A stretch of DNA of 62,136 nucleotides, counting the filler, from Chiloscyllium plagiosum (taxonomy: Eukaryota), in assembly GCF_004010195.1 (NCBI RefSeq). It is 5 parts of one record of this genome, joined end to end, with 100 filler letters (N's around TTAATTAATTAA, not from the genome) between each part and the next. Parts side by side here need not be neighbours in the genome. Positions count along the whole stretch, not along the records: positions 28,627 to 45,634 come from NC_057715.1; positions 45,735 to 57,127 come from NC_057715.1; 3 more parts are not named here. One strand, 5' to 3'. The translations under genes and the position numbers were made by a program. This document shows positions 37,483-50,924 of the stretch, in pieces; position 1 is the first letter of the stretch; each line of letters begins with the position of its first letter. A model generated the notes under the pieces. The model did no database searches. It was not told the origin of the DNA and saw only the letters and a list, made by a program, of their open reading frames with translations.

Positions 37483-40400
37483 GACATCAAGGCGGCACTT
37501 GATTATGTGTGATTTCATGAAGATCCAGCAACACTGGAATCAATGGGTGTCGGGGGTAAACTCTCCGCTGGTTAGAGTCATACCTGGCACAAAGGAAGAT
37601 GGTTGTGGTTGTGGAAAATCAGTCATCTCAGCTCCAGGACATCTCTACAGGAGTCTCTCAGGGTAGTGTCCTAAGCCCAACAATGTTCAGCTGCTTCCTC
37701 AATGACCTTGCCTCTATCATAGAATAGAATAGAAACGTACAACACAGAACAGGCCCTTTGACCCACGATGTTGTGCTGAGATTTAATCCTAATGTAAAAT
37801 ATAGTAATTTAACCTACGCACCCCTCAACTCACTGCTATCCATGTGCATGTCCAGCAGTTGCTTAAATGTCCCTAATGACTCTGCTTCCACCACCACCAC
37901 TGGCAACGCATTCCATGCATTCACAACTCGTTGTGTAAAGAACCTACCTCTGATGTCTCCTTTATACCTTCCTCCTAATATCTTAAATCTATGACCCCTC
38001 GTGCCAGTCAAACCTGCCCTGGGGAAAAGTCTCTGGCTATTGACTCGATCTATTCCTCTCATTATTTTGTACACCTCGATCAGGTCTCCTCTCTTCCTCT
38101 TTCTCTCCAGAGAGAAAACTCCAAGCTTATTCAACCTTTCTTCATAGGGCAAGCTCTCCAGTCCAGGCAGCATCCTGGTAAACCTTCTTTGCACCCTCTC
38201 CAAAGCCTCTGTATCTTTCCTATAGTAGGGCAACCAGAACTGGACACAATATTCCAAGTGTGGTCTCACCAGGGACTTGTAGAGCTGCAGCAAAACCTCA
38301 CGGCTCTTAAACNNNNNNNNNNNNNNNNNNNNNNNNNNNNNNNNNNNNNNNNNNNNNNNNNNNNNNNNNNNNNNNNNNNNNNNNNNNNNNNNNNNNNNNN
38401 NNNNNNNNNNNNNNNNNNNNNNNNNNNNNNNNNNNNNNNNNNNNNNNNNNNNNNNNNNNNNNNNNNNNNNNNNNNNNNNNNNNNNNNNNNNNNNNNNNNN
38501 NNNNNNNNNNNNNNNNNNNNNNNNNNNNNNNNNNNNNNNNNNNNNNNNNNNNNNNNNNNNNNNNNNNNNNNNNNNNNNNNNNNNNNNNNNNNNNNNNNNN
38601 NNNNNNNNNNNNNNNNNNNNNNNNNNNNNNNNNNNNNNNNNNNNNNNNNNNNNNNNNNNNNNNNNNNNNNNNNNNNNNNNNNNNNNNNNNNNNNNNNNNN
38701 NNNNNNNNNNNNNNNNNNNNNNNNNNNNNNNNNNNNNNNNNNNNNNNNNNNNNNNNNNNNNNNNNNNNNNNNNNNNNNNNNNNNNNNNNNNNNNNNNNNN
38801 NNNNNNNNNNNNNNNNNNNNNNNNNNNNCTGCTCAGACTCCACGCACAAGTTCCCTCCACCATCCCTGACCGGCCCTACCTTCTCCCTGATCATTCTCTT
38901 ATTCCTCACATATGAGTAAAATGCCTTTGCGTTCTCCCTAATCCTTCTTGCCAAGCCTTTTTCGTGCCCCCTCCTGGCTCTCCTCAGTCCATTTCTGAGC
39001 TCCTTTCTAGCAAGCCTGTAATCCTCTAAAGCTGTGCTAGATCCTTGCTTCCGCCACCTTATGTAAGCTACCTTCTTCCTTTTGACAAGAAGTTCCTCTG
39101 TTTTCATCATCCAAGGTTCCTTAATCTTACTCCTTCTTCCCTGTTTCAGAGGAACAAATTTGTTCTTCCTTCACAACAACTCCACATGTAGTAGTCTCCA
39201 CATGTCTGCTGTGCCATTTCTAAGGAACAATTACTCCCAGTCCATACTTCCCAACTCCTGTCTGATACTGTCATAATTTCCTTTTCCCCAATTAGATATC
39301 TTCCCTCGGTAACTGCTCCTTTCCCTCTCCAAGGCTATGGTAAATGTGAGGAACTTGTGATCACTGTCACCAAAGTGCTCTCCCACCGTGAGATCTGTCC
39401 TGGCTCGTTGCCGAGCACCAAATCCAAAATGGCCTCTCCCCTCGTCGGCCTGTCTACATACTGAATAAGGAAACCCTCCTGAATACACCTGACAAAATGG
39501 CTCCATCCAAACTTAGGAGGTTCCAGTCGATATTGGGAAAGTTGAAATCACCCATAACAACAACCCTGCTACGTCTGCATTTTTCCAGAATCTGCCCGTC
39601 TGTGAGATCTTCAATCTCTCTACTGCTATTGGGTGGTCTGTAGAAAGCCCCCAATGTGGTGGCTGTTCCCTTGCTGTTCCTAATGTCCACCCATACTGAC
39701 TTAGTAGACAAACCTCCCTCAACAACCTTCGTTTTGTAGCTGTGATGCAGTCTCTGATTAGCAATGCTACACCCCCTCCTCTTTTTCCACCCTCCCTGTT
39801 CTTTTTAAATGTTCTAAACCTGGAACATCAAGCAACCATCCCTGCCCCTGTGAAAACCACGTCTCCGTTATGGCCACAACATCGTAGCCCCAAGTACTGA
39901 TCCATGCTCTAAGTTCGTCACTCTTATTCCGGATATTCCTTGCAATAAAGCAGACACACTTTAACCGATCCCTTTGTTTCATCTCGTGAGAAACCTTCCT
40001 GATAGATTCAATATATCCTGTCACTGTCCTGTCTGCAACTGACCCCCTCTCANNNNNNNNNNNNNNNNNNNNNNNNNNNNNNNNNNNNNNNNNNNNNNNN
40101 NNNNNNNNNNNNNNNNNNNNNNNNNNNNNNNNNNNNNNNNNNNNNNNNNNNNNNNNNNNNNNNNNNNNNNNNNNNNNNNNNNNNNNNNNNNNNNNNNNNN
40201 NNNNNNNNNNNNNNNNNNNNNNNNNNNNNNNNNNNNNNNNNNNNNNNNNNNNNNNNNNNNNNNNNNNNNNNNNNNNNNNNNNNNNNNNNNNNNNNNNNNN
40301 NNNNNNNNNNNNNNNNNNNNNNNNNNNNNNNNNNNNNNNNNNNNNNNNNNNNNNNNNNNNNNNNNNNNNNNNNNNNNNNNNNNNNNNNNNNNNNNNNNNN

Positions 40401-41885
40401 NNNNNNNNNNNNNNNNNNNNNNNNNNNNNNNNNNNNNNNNNNNNNNNNNNNNNNNNNNNNNNNNNNNNNNNNNNNNNNNNNNNNNNNNNNNNNNNNNNNN
40501 NNNNNNNNNNNNNNNNNNNNNNNNNNNNNNNNNNNNNNNNNNNNNNNNNNNNNNNNNNNNNNNNNNNNNNNNNNNNNNNNNNNNNNNNNNNNNNNNNNNN
40601 NNNNNNNNNNNNNNNNNNNNNNNNNNNNNNNNNNTCCAGCTCCAGCTCCAGTTCCTTAACTCAGTTTTCGAGAAGCTGGATTTGGGTATACTTCCCGCAG
40701 ATATAGTCGACAGAGACATGTGAAGTGTCTCTCACCTGCCACATTCTGCAGGAGGAACATGCAACTGCCCTGACATCCATATCCCGCTATTCCGAAAGCC
40801 CGCACAGAACTAAACAAAGGAAGAGAAGAAAAAAAAAGAAACCTGAAAACTTACCGAGTTTACAGATTCTTAGTAAGATTAGAGGAGGTGGGTGGGAGGG
40901 AGGCCCGACAGTGTAGAGTCTCTGGTTTAGATCTTACCCACTTAAAAATTCCCCAGAAGTCCTTCGCTTCTCCCTCGCACCTCTTGACAAAAGGTCAGAA
41001 GTGGGAATGGTCACCGATGATTGCATAATATTCAGCACCATTCACAACTCCTCAGATACTGAAGCAGTTCTTGTTCAAATGCGACAAGATCTGGACAATA
41101 TCCAGGCTTGGACTGACATGGCAAGTAACATTCACCCACATATATGCCACACTATGACCATCACCAATAAGAGACAATCTAACAACTACCCTTTAACATT
41201 CAATGATGTTACCATGACTGAATGCCTCACTATTAACATCCTGAGCATAGCCATTGACCATGAACTTAACTATACTCCCCACATAAACACAGTGGCTACA
41301 AGAGCAGATCAGAAGACAGGAATACTGCAGAGAGTAACTTACCTCCTGACTCCCCAAAGCCTGTCCACAATCTACAAGGCACAGGTCAGGAGTGTGATGG
41401 AATACCCCCTACTTGTCTGGGTGGGGGCAGCTCCAACAACACTCAAGAAGTTTGACACCACCCAGGACAAAGCAGACTGTTTGATTGGCACCATATGTGT
41501 AAACATCCCCTCCCTCTATCATTGACCCTTAGAGCAGCAGGGTGTACCTCTACAAAATGCACCAAATATCCTCACACAGCACCTTCCAAATCCACGGCCA
41601 CTTCCATCTAGAAGGACAAAGGGCAGCAGATACATGGGAACACCAACCATCTGCAAGTTCCCCTTCAAGCTCGTCACCATCCTGACTTGAAAATATATCC
41701 CGGTTCCTTCACTGTTACTGGGTCAAAATCCTGGAATTCCCTTCCTAGGTACATTGTGGGTCAACCATCAGCAGGTGGATTGCAGTGGTTCAAGAAGGCA
41801 GCTCACCCCCACCTCCTCAAGAGCAAATAATGGAAGGGCGATTAACGCTGATCCAGTCAGCAATACTTACATCCTGTGAATGAGT
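37483..41885 (+). mobile_element. CR1/L2-group LINE split into 37483-37720 and ~40991-41885 by a nested CR1
   Basis: The left piece ends ...aatgaccttgcctctatcat and the right resumes aaggtcagaagtgggaatgg, collinear with the uninterrupted copy at ~19110-19150. Confidence 0.8.
37721..40990 (-). mobile_element. Near full-length CR1 LINE (ORF1 N-terminus, APE endonuclease, RT C-terminus, tail), with two internal gaps
   Basis: ORF1-like MDVRAVACSSCRMW...ICGK...ELELEL from ~40780; endonuclease ARNIRNK...AITETW, YRPPNS and MGDFNFP; C-terminal LVRPHLEYCVQFW; (ttcta)n tail at ~37720-37732. Confidence 0.9.
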
Positions 41886-42609
41886 TTAAAACAGTGGAAA
41901 CGAGCAAGGTCCCCTTGAAATGCTACAGTTTCCATTTGGAAGATCACTGAGAATAGAGCAGAGACTATAGCCTTCTTGTTGCTCAGAGGGAGAGGTTAAT
42001 CAAAAAGGCAGTCAAGGCTTGAATTCCAAAGTTCTTGCCCTGAATCCTGCTCCTGCTGTCTACTCCGGGGGAGGGGGCTCTATTCTGGGGTTTACAGAGG
42101 TAAGTAAAGTTCAGCTGTATCAGCCAGATTGGATTTTTGTGAAGGGGATGTCTGAACGTACACTTGTGTGTGTTAAATGTAGTAGGAGAAGCTCTCTTTT
42201 GCAGTTCTTTGAAGATGTAGATTTCCCTCCTGAAGAGGTCAGGTTTCTGTTTGAACTGGTCACTGTACACCTTTAGGAGAGGTTCGGTGAGTTTTGGGAG
42301 AGTTCAAATATCCTTAGTCTGAATAAAAGTGATTGTAACTGACTATGAAATGCATATAAACTCTATAAATATCTGGAATGGCAAAGGCAACGTAACAAAG
42401 GCTGACTAAATCATCATGTGGAAACAGTTTCGGATGACAGAAGTGCCTCCCTCAAACAATTACAGAATATTTGAGAGTTTCCAGAACAGTTGACAAACAT
42501 AAAGAGAATGTCCATCAACTTTGCGGTGCCGGGACCCTGGCAAAATGTTGCAAGAATGAGCTTGAGACTGATATCTATAAAAGTGAAATAGTCGCAACTA
42601 ACTTACTAG

Positions 42610-42920
42610 ACTAGATTCCCTGCAGTGTGGAAACAGGCCCTTCGGCCCAACCAGTCCACACCGACCCTCCAAAGAGTAACCCACCCAGACCCATTTCCCT
42701 CTGACTAATGCACCTAACACTATTGACAATTTAGCATGGCCAATTCACCTGACCTGCATATCTTTGGACTGTGGGAGGAAACCGGAGCACCCGGAGGAAA
42801 CCCACGCAGACACGGGGAGAATGTGCAAACTCCACACAGTCAGTCACCCAAGGCTGGAATTGAACCTGGGACCCTGGTGCTGTGAGGCAGCAGTGCTAAC
42901 CACTGAGCCACTGTGCCACC
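42610..42920 (-). mobile_element. HE1-like V-SINE (well preserved)
   Basis: tttggactgtgggaggaaaccggagcacccggaggaaacccacgcagacacggggagaatgtgcaaactccacac...gcagtgctaaccactgagcc. Confidence 0.92.
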
Positions 42921-43779
42921 CTAGTTACTGTTACCAACTAACAATCTATTTGGGTGCATCAACAAGTGATTATTACATTCAGCAAATTTGACCCCAGCAG
43001 CAGAGCAGTAACAGCATTGCCTTGAAACTGCATAACAATCCCCTTCATCCAGTGCAGCTGCAGGTCTCTGCCCGATTTTAATACTAAGGAGCTCCTGACA
43101 CCAAACTAGCCTCAATGAACCGTCAGATCCCAAACTCTCCAGTTATTCAATTCTCAATGCAAGGATAGACCCAAAGGTCAGACAGTACAGAAACTTCAGG
43201 AGGATTGCATAGGTATATCTGCAGATTATTATCTGGCCTTCTATGAAAATGTAGGATCTCTGATGAGGTAACTTGTTCTTTGAAAAAGAAGTATTACATA
43301 CAAAAACTGTAACCCCTGATAGTGATGATGTTGGACTGTCTGAGATGTCAGTGAAGTGACAGCTTTTTCTGCCTGTGGTAAGACAACCTCGCTGATAGAG
43401 TACATATACAACAAGGGCCACAGGCAATGCCCTGCTTTCTAACCCCAGCCAGTCTCTGCCAGGCATAGCCAGCACACAGACTCAATGTTGCCTAATTCCT
43501 CCAATGATGGTCTCATCATTGACAGTTATTGTTCTCAGCAATAAAGGCCATCATGATCTCGACTAAGATTATTCTGAATACGTACAGGTATAGAGAAAAA
43601 TATGAGAAAATAAGAAAGCAAAACTAAAAGAGTCCATGAGGAAAATAATTTTAAAAACATTAGATAGTGCAGGTATTTATTGAATATGGTAATTTATTTT
43701 AGTAGGGAAATCTTTAAGAGCAATATGAGATTTTTAGACTGGAGAGTATTCTAAGTTTGCAGATAATCATAACGGGGAG

Positions 43780-45300
43780 AAGATGGCCGACTGGTATTAT
43801 GGTTAGACTGTTAGTCCAGAGGCCCGAGTTTCTTTTTATTCATTCACAGGATGAGGGGGTCTTGGGTGGCCCAGCATTTTTTACCCATCCCAGAGGACAG
43901 CCAAGGGAGTGAGAGGCTGATGTCGTCCATTAACATGTCTTGAAAAATTTTGAAAGAAAATAAAGAGAAACAGGTTCCAGAGGAGGAAAGGCCAGTCACC
44001 AAAGGTTTAAGATAATTGACAAAAGAACATAAGGTGAAAGAACAAATCAATTTTTGACACAAGTTATGATTTGGTATAAATGGCTTGAAAGGGTGGGTGA
44101 AGTAGATTTAATAACCTTTCAATGGAAATTTGATACATTAGATAAAGGGAGAATGGTTTTCATAGCAATAGAGAAAGAGCAGTGGAACTGAACTATTAAA
44201 GGACCTGACAGGCACATGGACTGAGTTGCCCCTTTCTGTGCTGTGCCTCACTTTCTTTGCTTATTCTGACTGTCTGGAGAATTTGAACTTAAGTCCCCTA
44301 AATATTAGTTGAGTTTCTGGATTAATAATCCAGTGACAAAAACTTCTAGGCCAGTGTCTCACCAAGGAGTCTATGTTCGAATTTGAATTCTATGCTTTAA
44401 AACATTGGAATTAAGTGTCTAATGATGACCATGAATCCATTGTCAATTGTAGGAAAAACCTATCTGATTCACTAATGCCCTTTCGGGAAGGAAACTGCCA
44501 TCCTTACCTGGTCTCCAGACCCATAGCAATGTGATTGACACTTGGCTGTCCTCTGGGATGGGTAAAAAATGCTGGGCCACCCAAATTCGTTTTTGAATTA
44601 ATTTTCATCTTAAAACTTTTTGGTTTGTCCATGGTATCTTAAAAGCATGAATAGATTCTTCCTTGTATTTAATAAATACCTGTCCATGCAATCTCTCTAA
44701 AACCATTCCACTGTTGTACTGTGTGGCAGTTTCCTCCTCCAGCATGTCTATCCCCCCTAATCAGACAGAATGATTGAATCTGACTTGCTTTTTTAATCAC
44801 TTTATAATTGGATGGTACATACTATGGTCAGTACTCATGAGATGTTCGTGCACACCTAGCTGGTATTTTCCATGAGTCATAAAGAAGATGATGTTGCCCA
44901 TTTAAGGAGCCAGTATTAGACACAATATTCTGAGTGGCACTCTGAGTCTGTAACTCGGACACAGGATTTCTACATTGATCTTCTGCATTGATTTTTTTCT
45001 TAATTCTGATCAATAGATAATTAAAGTAACCCAAAACACAACTTTATCATAAATCTACAACCAGGTTAGAGTGATGATTGGAATAATAAAGTTCAATTTT
45101 GGGTAACTTTTGGCAGGTTATTGAGTCTACTTCACCCTTTCAAGCCATGTATACCAAATCATCACTTGTGGCAAGGTAATTCATTCCTTTACCTTATGTT
45201 TATTTGTCGATTACCTTAAACTTTGGAACCTGTTTCTCTTCATTTTCTTTCAAAATCTTTCAAGACATGTTAATGAAAGGCATCAGCCTCTCACTCTCCA
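43780..45300. repeat. Rearranged DeuSINE/CR1 block with two interleaved inverted duplications
   Basis: 43862-43905 is the exact reverse complement of 44541-44584. ~43906-44117 is a diverged reverse complement of ~45115-45298. Confidence 0.8.
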
Positions 45301-45324
45301 TTGCTCTTTCTCAATACCTGCAAC

Positions 45325-45634
45325 AATATTGCCAGGGTTGGAGGGTTTGAGCTTATAGGGAGAGGCTGCTTTCCCTGGAGCGTCGGAGGCTGAGGGGTGA
45401 CCTTATAGAGGTTTATAAAATCATGAGGGGCATGGATAGGATAAATAGACAAAGTCTTTTCTTTGGGGTCAGGGAGTCCAGAACTAGAGGGCATAGGTTT
45501 AGGGTGAAAGGGGAAAGATATAAGAGACCTACCGGGCAACTTTTTCACGCAGAGGAAGTGGTGGAGGCTGGTACTGTTGCAACATTTAAGAGGCATCTGG
45601 ATGGGTATATGAATAGGAAGGGTTTGGAGGGATA
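45325..45634 (+). mobile_element. CR1 3' fragment
   Basis: RRLRGDLIEVYKIMRGMDR...FKRHLDGYM. Confidence 0.85.
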
Positions 45635-45734
45635 NNNNNNNNNNNNNNNNNNNNNNNNNNNNNNNNNNNNNNNNNNNNTTAATTAATTAANNNNNNNNNN
45701 NNNNNNNNNNNNNNNNNNNNNNNNNNNNNNNNNN

Positions 45735-47216
45735 TGGAGTTTGTGGATGAGTGCCGTGCTTCTAGGAATTCCCTGGCTGTTCTTTGTTTGGCTTGCCCTA
45801 TAATGGTAGTGTTGTCCCAGTCAAATTCATGTTGCTTGTCGTCTGCGTGTGTGGCTACTAGGGATAGCTGGTCGTGTCGTTTCATGGCTGTTGATGTTCA
45901 TGGATGCGGATCGTTAGCTGTCTTCCTGTTTGTCCTATGTAGTGTTTTGTGCAGTCCTTGCATGGTATTTTGTACACTACAATAGTTTTGCTCAACAAAG
46001 ACGGCATACTTAAACTACTGGACTTGTGCTTCACAACACACTTCACATTCAACAACCAGATATACGAACAAATCAACGGAACACCCATGGGCTCACCGAT
46101 CTCGGGACTCATAGCAGAAGCAGTAATGCAAAGGTTAGAACAAACAGTCTTACCACAAATTCAACCCAAACTCTGGGTCAGATACGTGGATGACACCTTT
46201 GTAATCATTAAAAACATGGAAATAGAGAAAACACACCGGATCATCAACTCCACACTCACAGGAATCCGATTCACGAGAAAGGAAGAAAAGGACAATCAAC
46301 TCCCATTCCTAGACATGATGGTACAGAGAACACTAAACGGAGAATTCACCACAAAGGTACACAGGAAAGTCACACACACAGAGCAAGTCCTGAACTATGA
46401 GAGCAACCACCCCAATACACACAAACGAAGTTGCATCAAGACACTATTCAAAAGGGCCACAACACACTGCAGCACACCAGAACTGCAAAAAGAGGAAGAG
46501 GAACACCTATACAAGGTATTCGCCAAAAACGGATAATCTCACAATTTCATCAACAGATGCGTAAGGGAAAGACAACGGAACGAGGACATGCCACAACCCA
46601 AAGGACTAGCCACACTACCATACATCAAGAACATCTCTGAACTGACAGCCAGACTACTGCGACCACTAGGACTTATACCAGCACACAAACCAACAGCCAC
46701 ACTCAGACAACAACTCACCAGAACGAAGGACCCGATACCCAGCATGAGCAAAACCAGTGTAGTGTACACAATCCCATGCAAGGACTGCACAAAACATTAC
46801 ATAGGACAAACAGGAAGACAGCTGACGACCAGCATCCATGAACACCAACTAGCCACGAAACGACACGACCAGCTATCCTTAATAGCCACACACGCAGATG
46901 ACAAGCAACATGAATTCGACTGGGACAACTCTACCATTATAGGACAAGCCAAACAGAGAACAGCCAGGGAATTCCTAGAGGCATGGCACTCATTTACAGG
47001 TTCAATCAATAAGCACATCGACCTGGACCCAATATACCGACCATTGCAGCGGACAGCTGGAACTGACAACCGGAAGCGGCAGATACAAACCACTATAAAT
47101 GCCGGAGGAAACACCACAGAAGCGCTTCACAGGAGGCTCCCAAGCACTGAGGATGTCACCTAGACAGGGGACGAAACATCTGCAAATTCCCAGCTCGGCG
47201 AACAGAACCACAACAA
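45735..47216 (+). mobile_element. Poseidon-type Penelope element (relatively young; 5' part 45735-~45985 inverted)
   Basis: ORF 45949-46536 (GTPMGSP, WVRYVDDTF, LPFLD) and ORF 46588-47163 (VVYTIPCKDCTKHYIGQT, AREFLEAWH), separated by one in-frame stop; hammerhead motif at 47144-47183. Confidence 0.95.
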
Positions 47217-49002
47217 TAAAGATAAATCCTTCAGGCGATACAGAGCACTGGTGAGATTGCGTCTGGAGTACTGTGCACCATACTAACCACTTCATTAAGG
47301 AAGACCATAAATGTATTGGAAGCAGTTCAGAGGAGGTTTACCAGACTAATAGCTAGAATGGGTAAATTGCCTACTGAGGAAAAGTTTGAGATGTTAGTGT
47401 TGTATTTACTGGAGAACCAAATAAATTCCTGAAGGGTGTTGACATGGTGGATGTGGAGAGGACCTTTCCTTTAATGGGAGAATTTAGATCAACAGGTCAC
47501 TGTCTGAAAATCCGGAGCCACCCATTTAAGTCAGAGATTAGGCAAAGGTTTGTTTTTCTCAGAAAAGGCTGAGTCTTTGGAATTCACTTCGTGGAAAGGT
47601 GGTGAAGACAGATTCCTTGAATATTTTAAAGGCAGATGAAGGTAGATACTTGTTTAGCAAGGGGAAGAAAGTTTACCATTGGGTAAGCAAGAATGTGGAT
47701 TTAAAGTTAGTTAGATCAGCCATGATTTTAACGAATGACAGAGTATTAATGAGGGGCTGAATGGCCTTCTGTTACTCATGATTCCCACGTTCACAACGTA
47801 CCATCTGCAGGCGCACTGTAACAATTCCCCAAGCTTCCTCTGGCAGCACCTTTTCAACCTACAGCCTGGAAGAACAAGGACAACCAGTACATGAGAATAT
47901 CACCTCTTGAAACTTCCCGTCCAAATCACACACCAAACCAATTTGGAAACATTCCCTTGTTGCTGTATCATTATTATGTCAATGTTCTGGCACTTGCTAC
48001 TTAGTAGAACTGGGATATTTTTGAACTACAAGGTCTGCATTGTTCGAGAAGGCAGGTCAACATCACCTTCTCAAAAGAAATTAGGGATGGGTGATAATTG
48101 CTGGCAACCACATCCCATAAATTACTCAAAGGAACATTCTCCCTGTCATGCTGTAATCCAAGCACTCATGTCTGGGATCTCAGAACAAAGTCTTTCAGTC
48201 CTTTAAACCCAGTAATGTAAATAACATTGTCAACTCGAGAAACCACAAAATACTTCTCCAATTACAGCAACAGCCAGAAGAAAGCAATCAACAATTGATC
48301 TGAAAGTCTCTTTATGTAACCTGGTGGTTCCTTGCTACTGCTGACTCCATGTCCAGTTGTGGATATTTAAGAGACAATGTGGAGCATTGAGCTTCCAGCT
48401 GGCAATGCTGGTTGGTAGTGAACTCATCTCACCTGCCATTTGATGCCATCACTCCAACACTCTGTATTATATTACCAACCATTCCTTGTGTGCACTAATG
48501 GACTCATTAAAATGGCATGGAACAAGACTGACACCAACCTCAAAATCATTACCGAGCAACAAAGCACTCCTCACACCAAAACAAACTACCTGGAAGGAGA
48601 TGAGGCTTGTCACCATAAAGTGAGATATCAGTACTCTGCAATGTTACCTACCTGTCCATTTTATGACAATCTTTCCCTTAATATTTTTATGTTAGAATTC
48701 CTTAACAATGGGCACTTTGTGATGCTTTGTGCTGTGATTTGATTAACTTCTAAAAAAAAATGAAGTGCTCAATATTGGTTACAAAATTTATTATGTCATC
48801 AAAAAGCTTGGAATCAGATGTTCTGCAACAACTTAAAGGCTGGGGTGACGGTGGTGGTCATTGGGTCTGGCAGTAAGTAGAGGAGCCACACAGATTTGGG
48901 GATGACATTCCTACTGCTCAAGGTCTGGAAGTTGGAAGTATGGCCACCAATGGTGAAGCTATTACAATCAGGGGTACACAATGGGCCAGAAGTTTCTTCA
49001 TT

Positions 49003-49335
49003 CACTCACAGGATGGGATTGTTTCAAGCTACACAAGCATTTATTGCCCATTCCTAAGTTTTTAGAGTCAGCTACATCACCAGGGTCTGGAGCCACATGT
49101 AGTCCAGACCAGGTAAGGATGACACGTTTCCTTCCCTGAAGGACATTAGTGACTCAGACGAGTTTTTTTCCCCAACAATGGATTCATACTTATCATTAGA
49201 CCCTTAATTCAGATTCCTTATTAAGCTCAAATTGCACCATCTCCCATGGTAGGATTTGAATCTGGGTTCCCAGAACATTAGCTGAGTTTCTAGATTAATA
49301 GCCAAGTGATAATACCACTAGGCCATCATCTCCCC
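49003..49335 (-). mobile_element. DeuSINE (SacSINE1-like)
   Basis: gggtctggagccacatgtagtccagaccaggtaaggatg...ggacattagtga; head ends at gtgataataccactaggcca. Confidence 0.8.
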
Positions 49336-50924
49336 ATGTGTAGATACCTCAGAGGGCTGTAGACCATGCAGAAAATGACAAAGTTAAGGAAAAATGAAGC
49401 CATAGAGGAATTTGAGCACAAGGATGGGAATTGTAAAATAGAGAGAGTCCTTCTGGGAGCAAATGGAAATCAGTGAGCACTTGACAATGGAAGGTGAAGA
49501 CTTGGTGTGAGCAAGGACACGGATTGCAAATATTTATATAATGTCAAGTTATGGAGTTACATTGGAATAGTCCAGAGTTAGCAAACGCATTAATGAAAGT
49601 TTTCACAGTTGCTGAGCTGAAGGTGTTAGCATAGAATTGAATAGTAATCATTTCCAGCTGATAGCTTATCTGTTTAATTCGAACTGAAGATCAGATTGGT
49701 TTCGGTCTTTCAAAAGTGTCATCGTCAAGTCATCTCCTACTGCCCACCCTTGCATATGTTCCACACCAAAATCAAATGTTGCCTATCAGTCATTTTATCA
49801 CAATCATAGCATCCCTACAGTATGGAAGCAAGCCATTCAGCCCATCAAGTCTGCACCAACCCACCCCCCAACCTTATCCCTGTATCCCTGCATTTCCCAT
49901 GGCCAATCCACCTAGCTCGTACATCTTTGGATTGTGGGAGGGAACCAGAGCACCACTGAGCCTCCATGCTGTAATTTTGTTCCCTGAGTCTGTGTACATT
50001 AAGAGTCCTTAATAACAGGCACTTTATGGTGCTCCTATACTGGGATTTTGTTAAATTCTACAGAAATATAATTGATTGCTCAATATCATTTACAGAACAG
50101 ATGTGCAGAAGTTTTGAAAAGTTCATTCCAATTTGAGGAACTGTTTATTAGTCTAACCCTCTCTATGCTGATAATAATGAAATTGTGTAGATTGACCCAT
50201 ATACAACATTTATTGTGGTCTGACTAATTCCTGAACATTGATTTATAAATCTCTGACTTACTGCCAAAACATATTTTGCGAATTATTTGAAAATTTCCCA
50301 CTTTATGAGAAAGGGAGTTGCAGCGACTGAACATGTTATTGTAATCCTGTAATTAATATAAAGCCTTAATGTCACTGTAACCTAGTGTAGGTACTGAAGA
50401 AAGCTAGCCATTACAGAAATCGCCAATGTTCTTTCACGAGCAAAGCAAAAAGCAATGCAGCATGGTCAGGATAAATGTTTAATGATTGAGCTCCTGCATT
50501 TGTTTGAGGATTGTAAAGAAACACATGGAGCACAGAGAAAAGTTCTGCTTATGCTCCTGAACAGTAAATACAACTTGTGCATGTGTTTAAAAGTCTTGAC
50601 ATTGCATTTCCATGCATTGAACATTACTAACACATGCTTATTCCTCAGTGAGTTTGTGTAGAACCTTTCTGCACTTGTATATATGCAGCTTATAATCATA
50701 AATACGTTTAAGAGCAAATCTTGTCTGGAGATATGCTTCTGAGGTTATGATTAATTAGGGCTGCCAATTTTGGTTGGAGTGTTGGTCACATGATATTCCA
50801 ACTACAAGCAATCAGATCACATGACTTCTTATAACCATTACAGCTGCTACCAGCTAACAGGTGAGATTCCTATCATTAAGAATTTCTCCTCACCATTTTG
50901 TGACAGGGGCTTTTGCACGTCAAA

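Noticed and set aside
33773..40719. Long ORFs in the track containing X runs
   Set aside because: They are artefacts of translating through N gaps; the real parts are CR1 or Penelope fragments.
48814..49005. ORF with 'PLCTPD' resembling a cysteine switch
   Set aside because: Only a superficial match; no flanking propeptide or catalytic motifs and no supporting splice structure.
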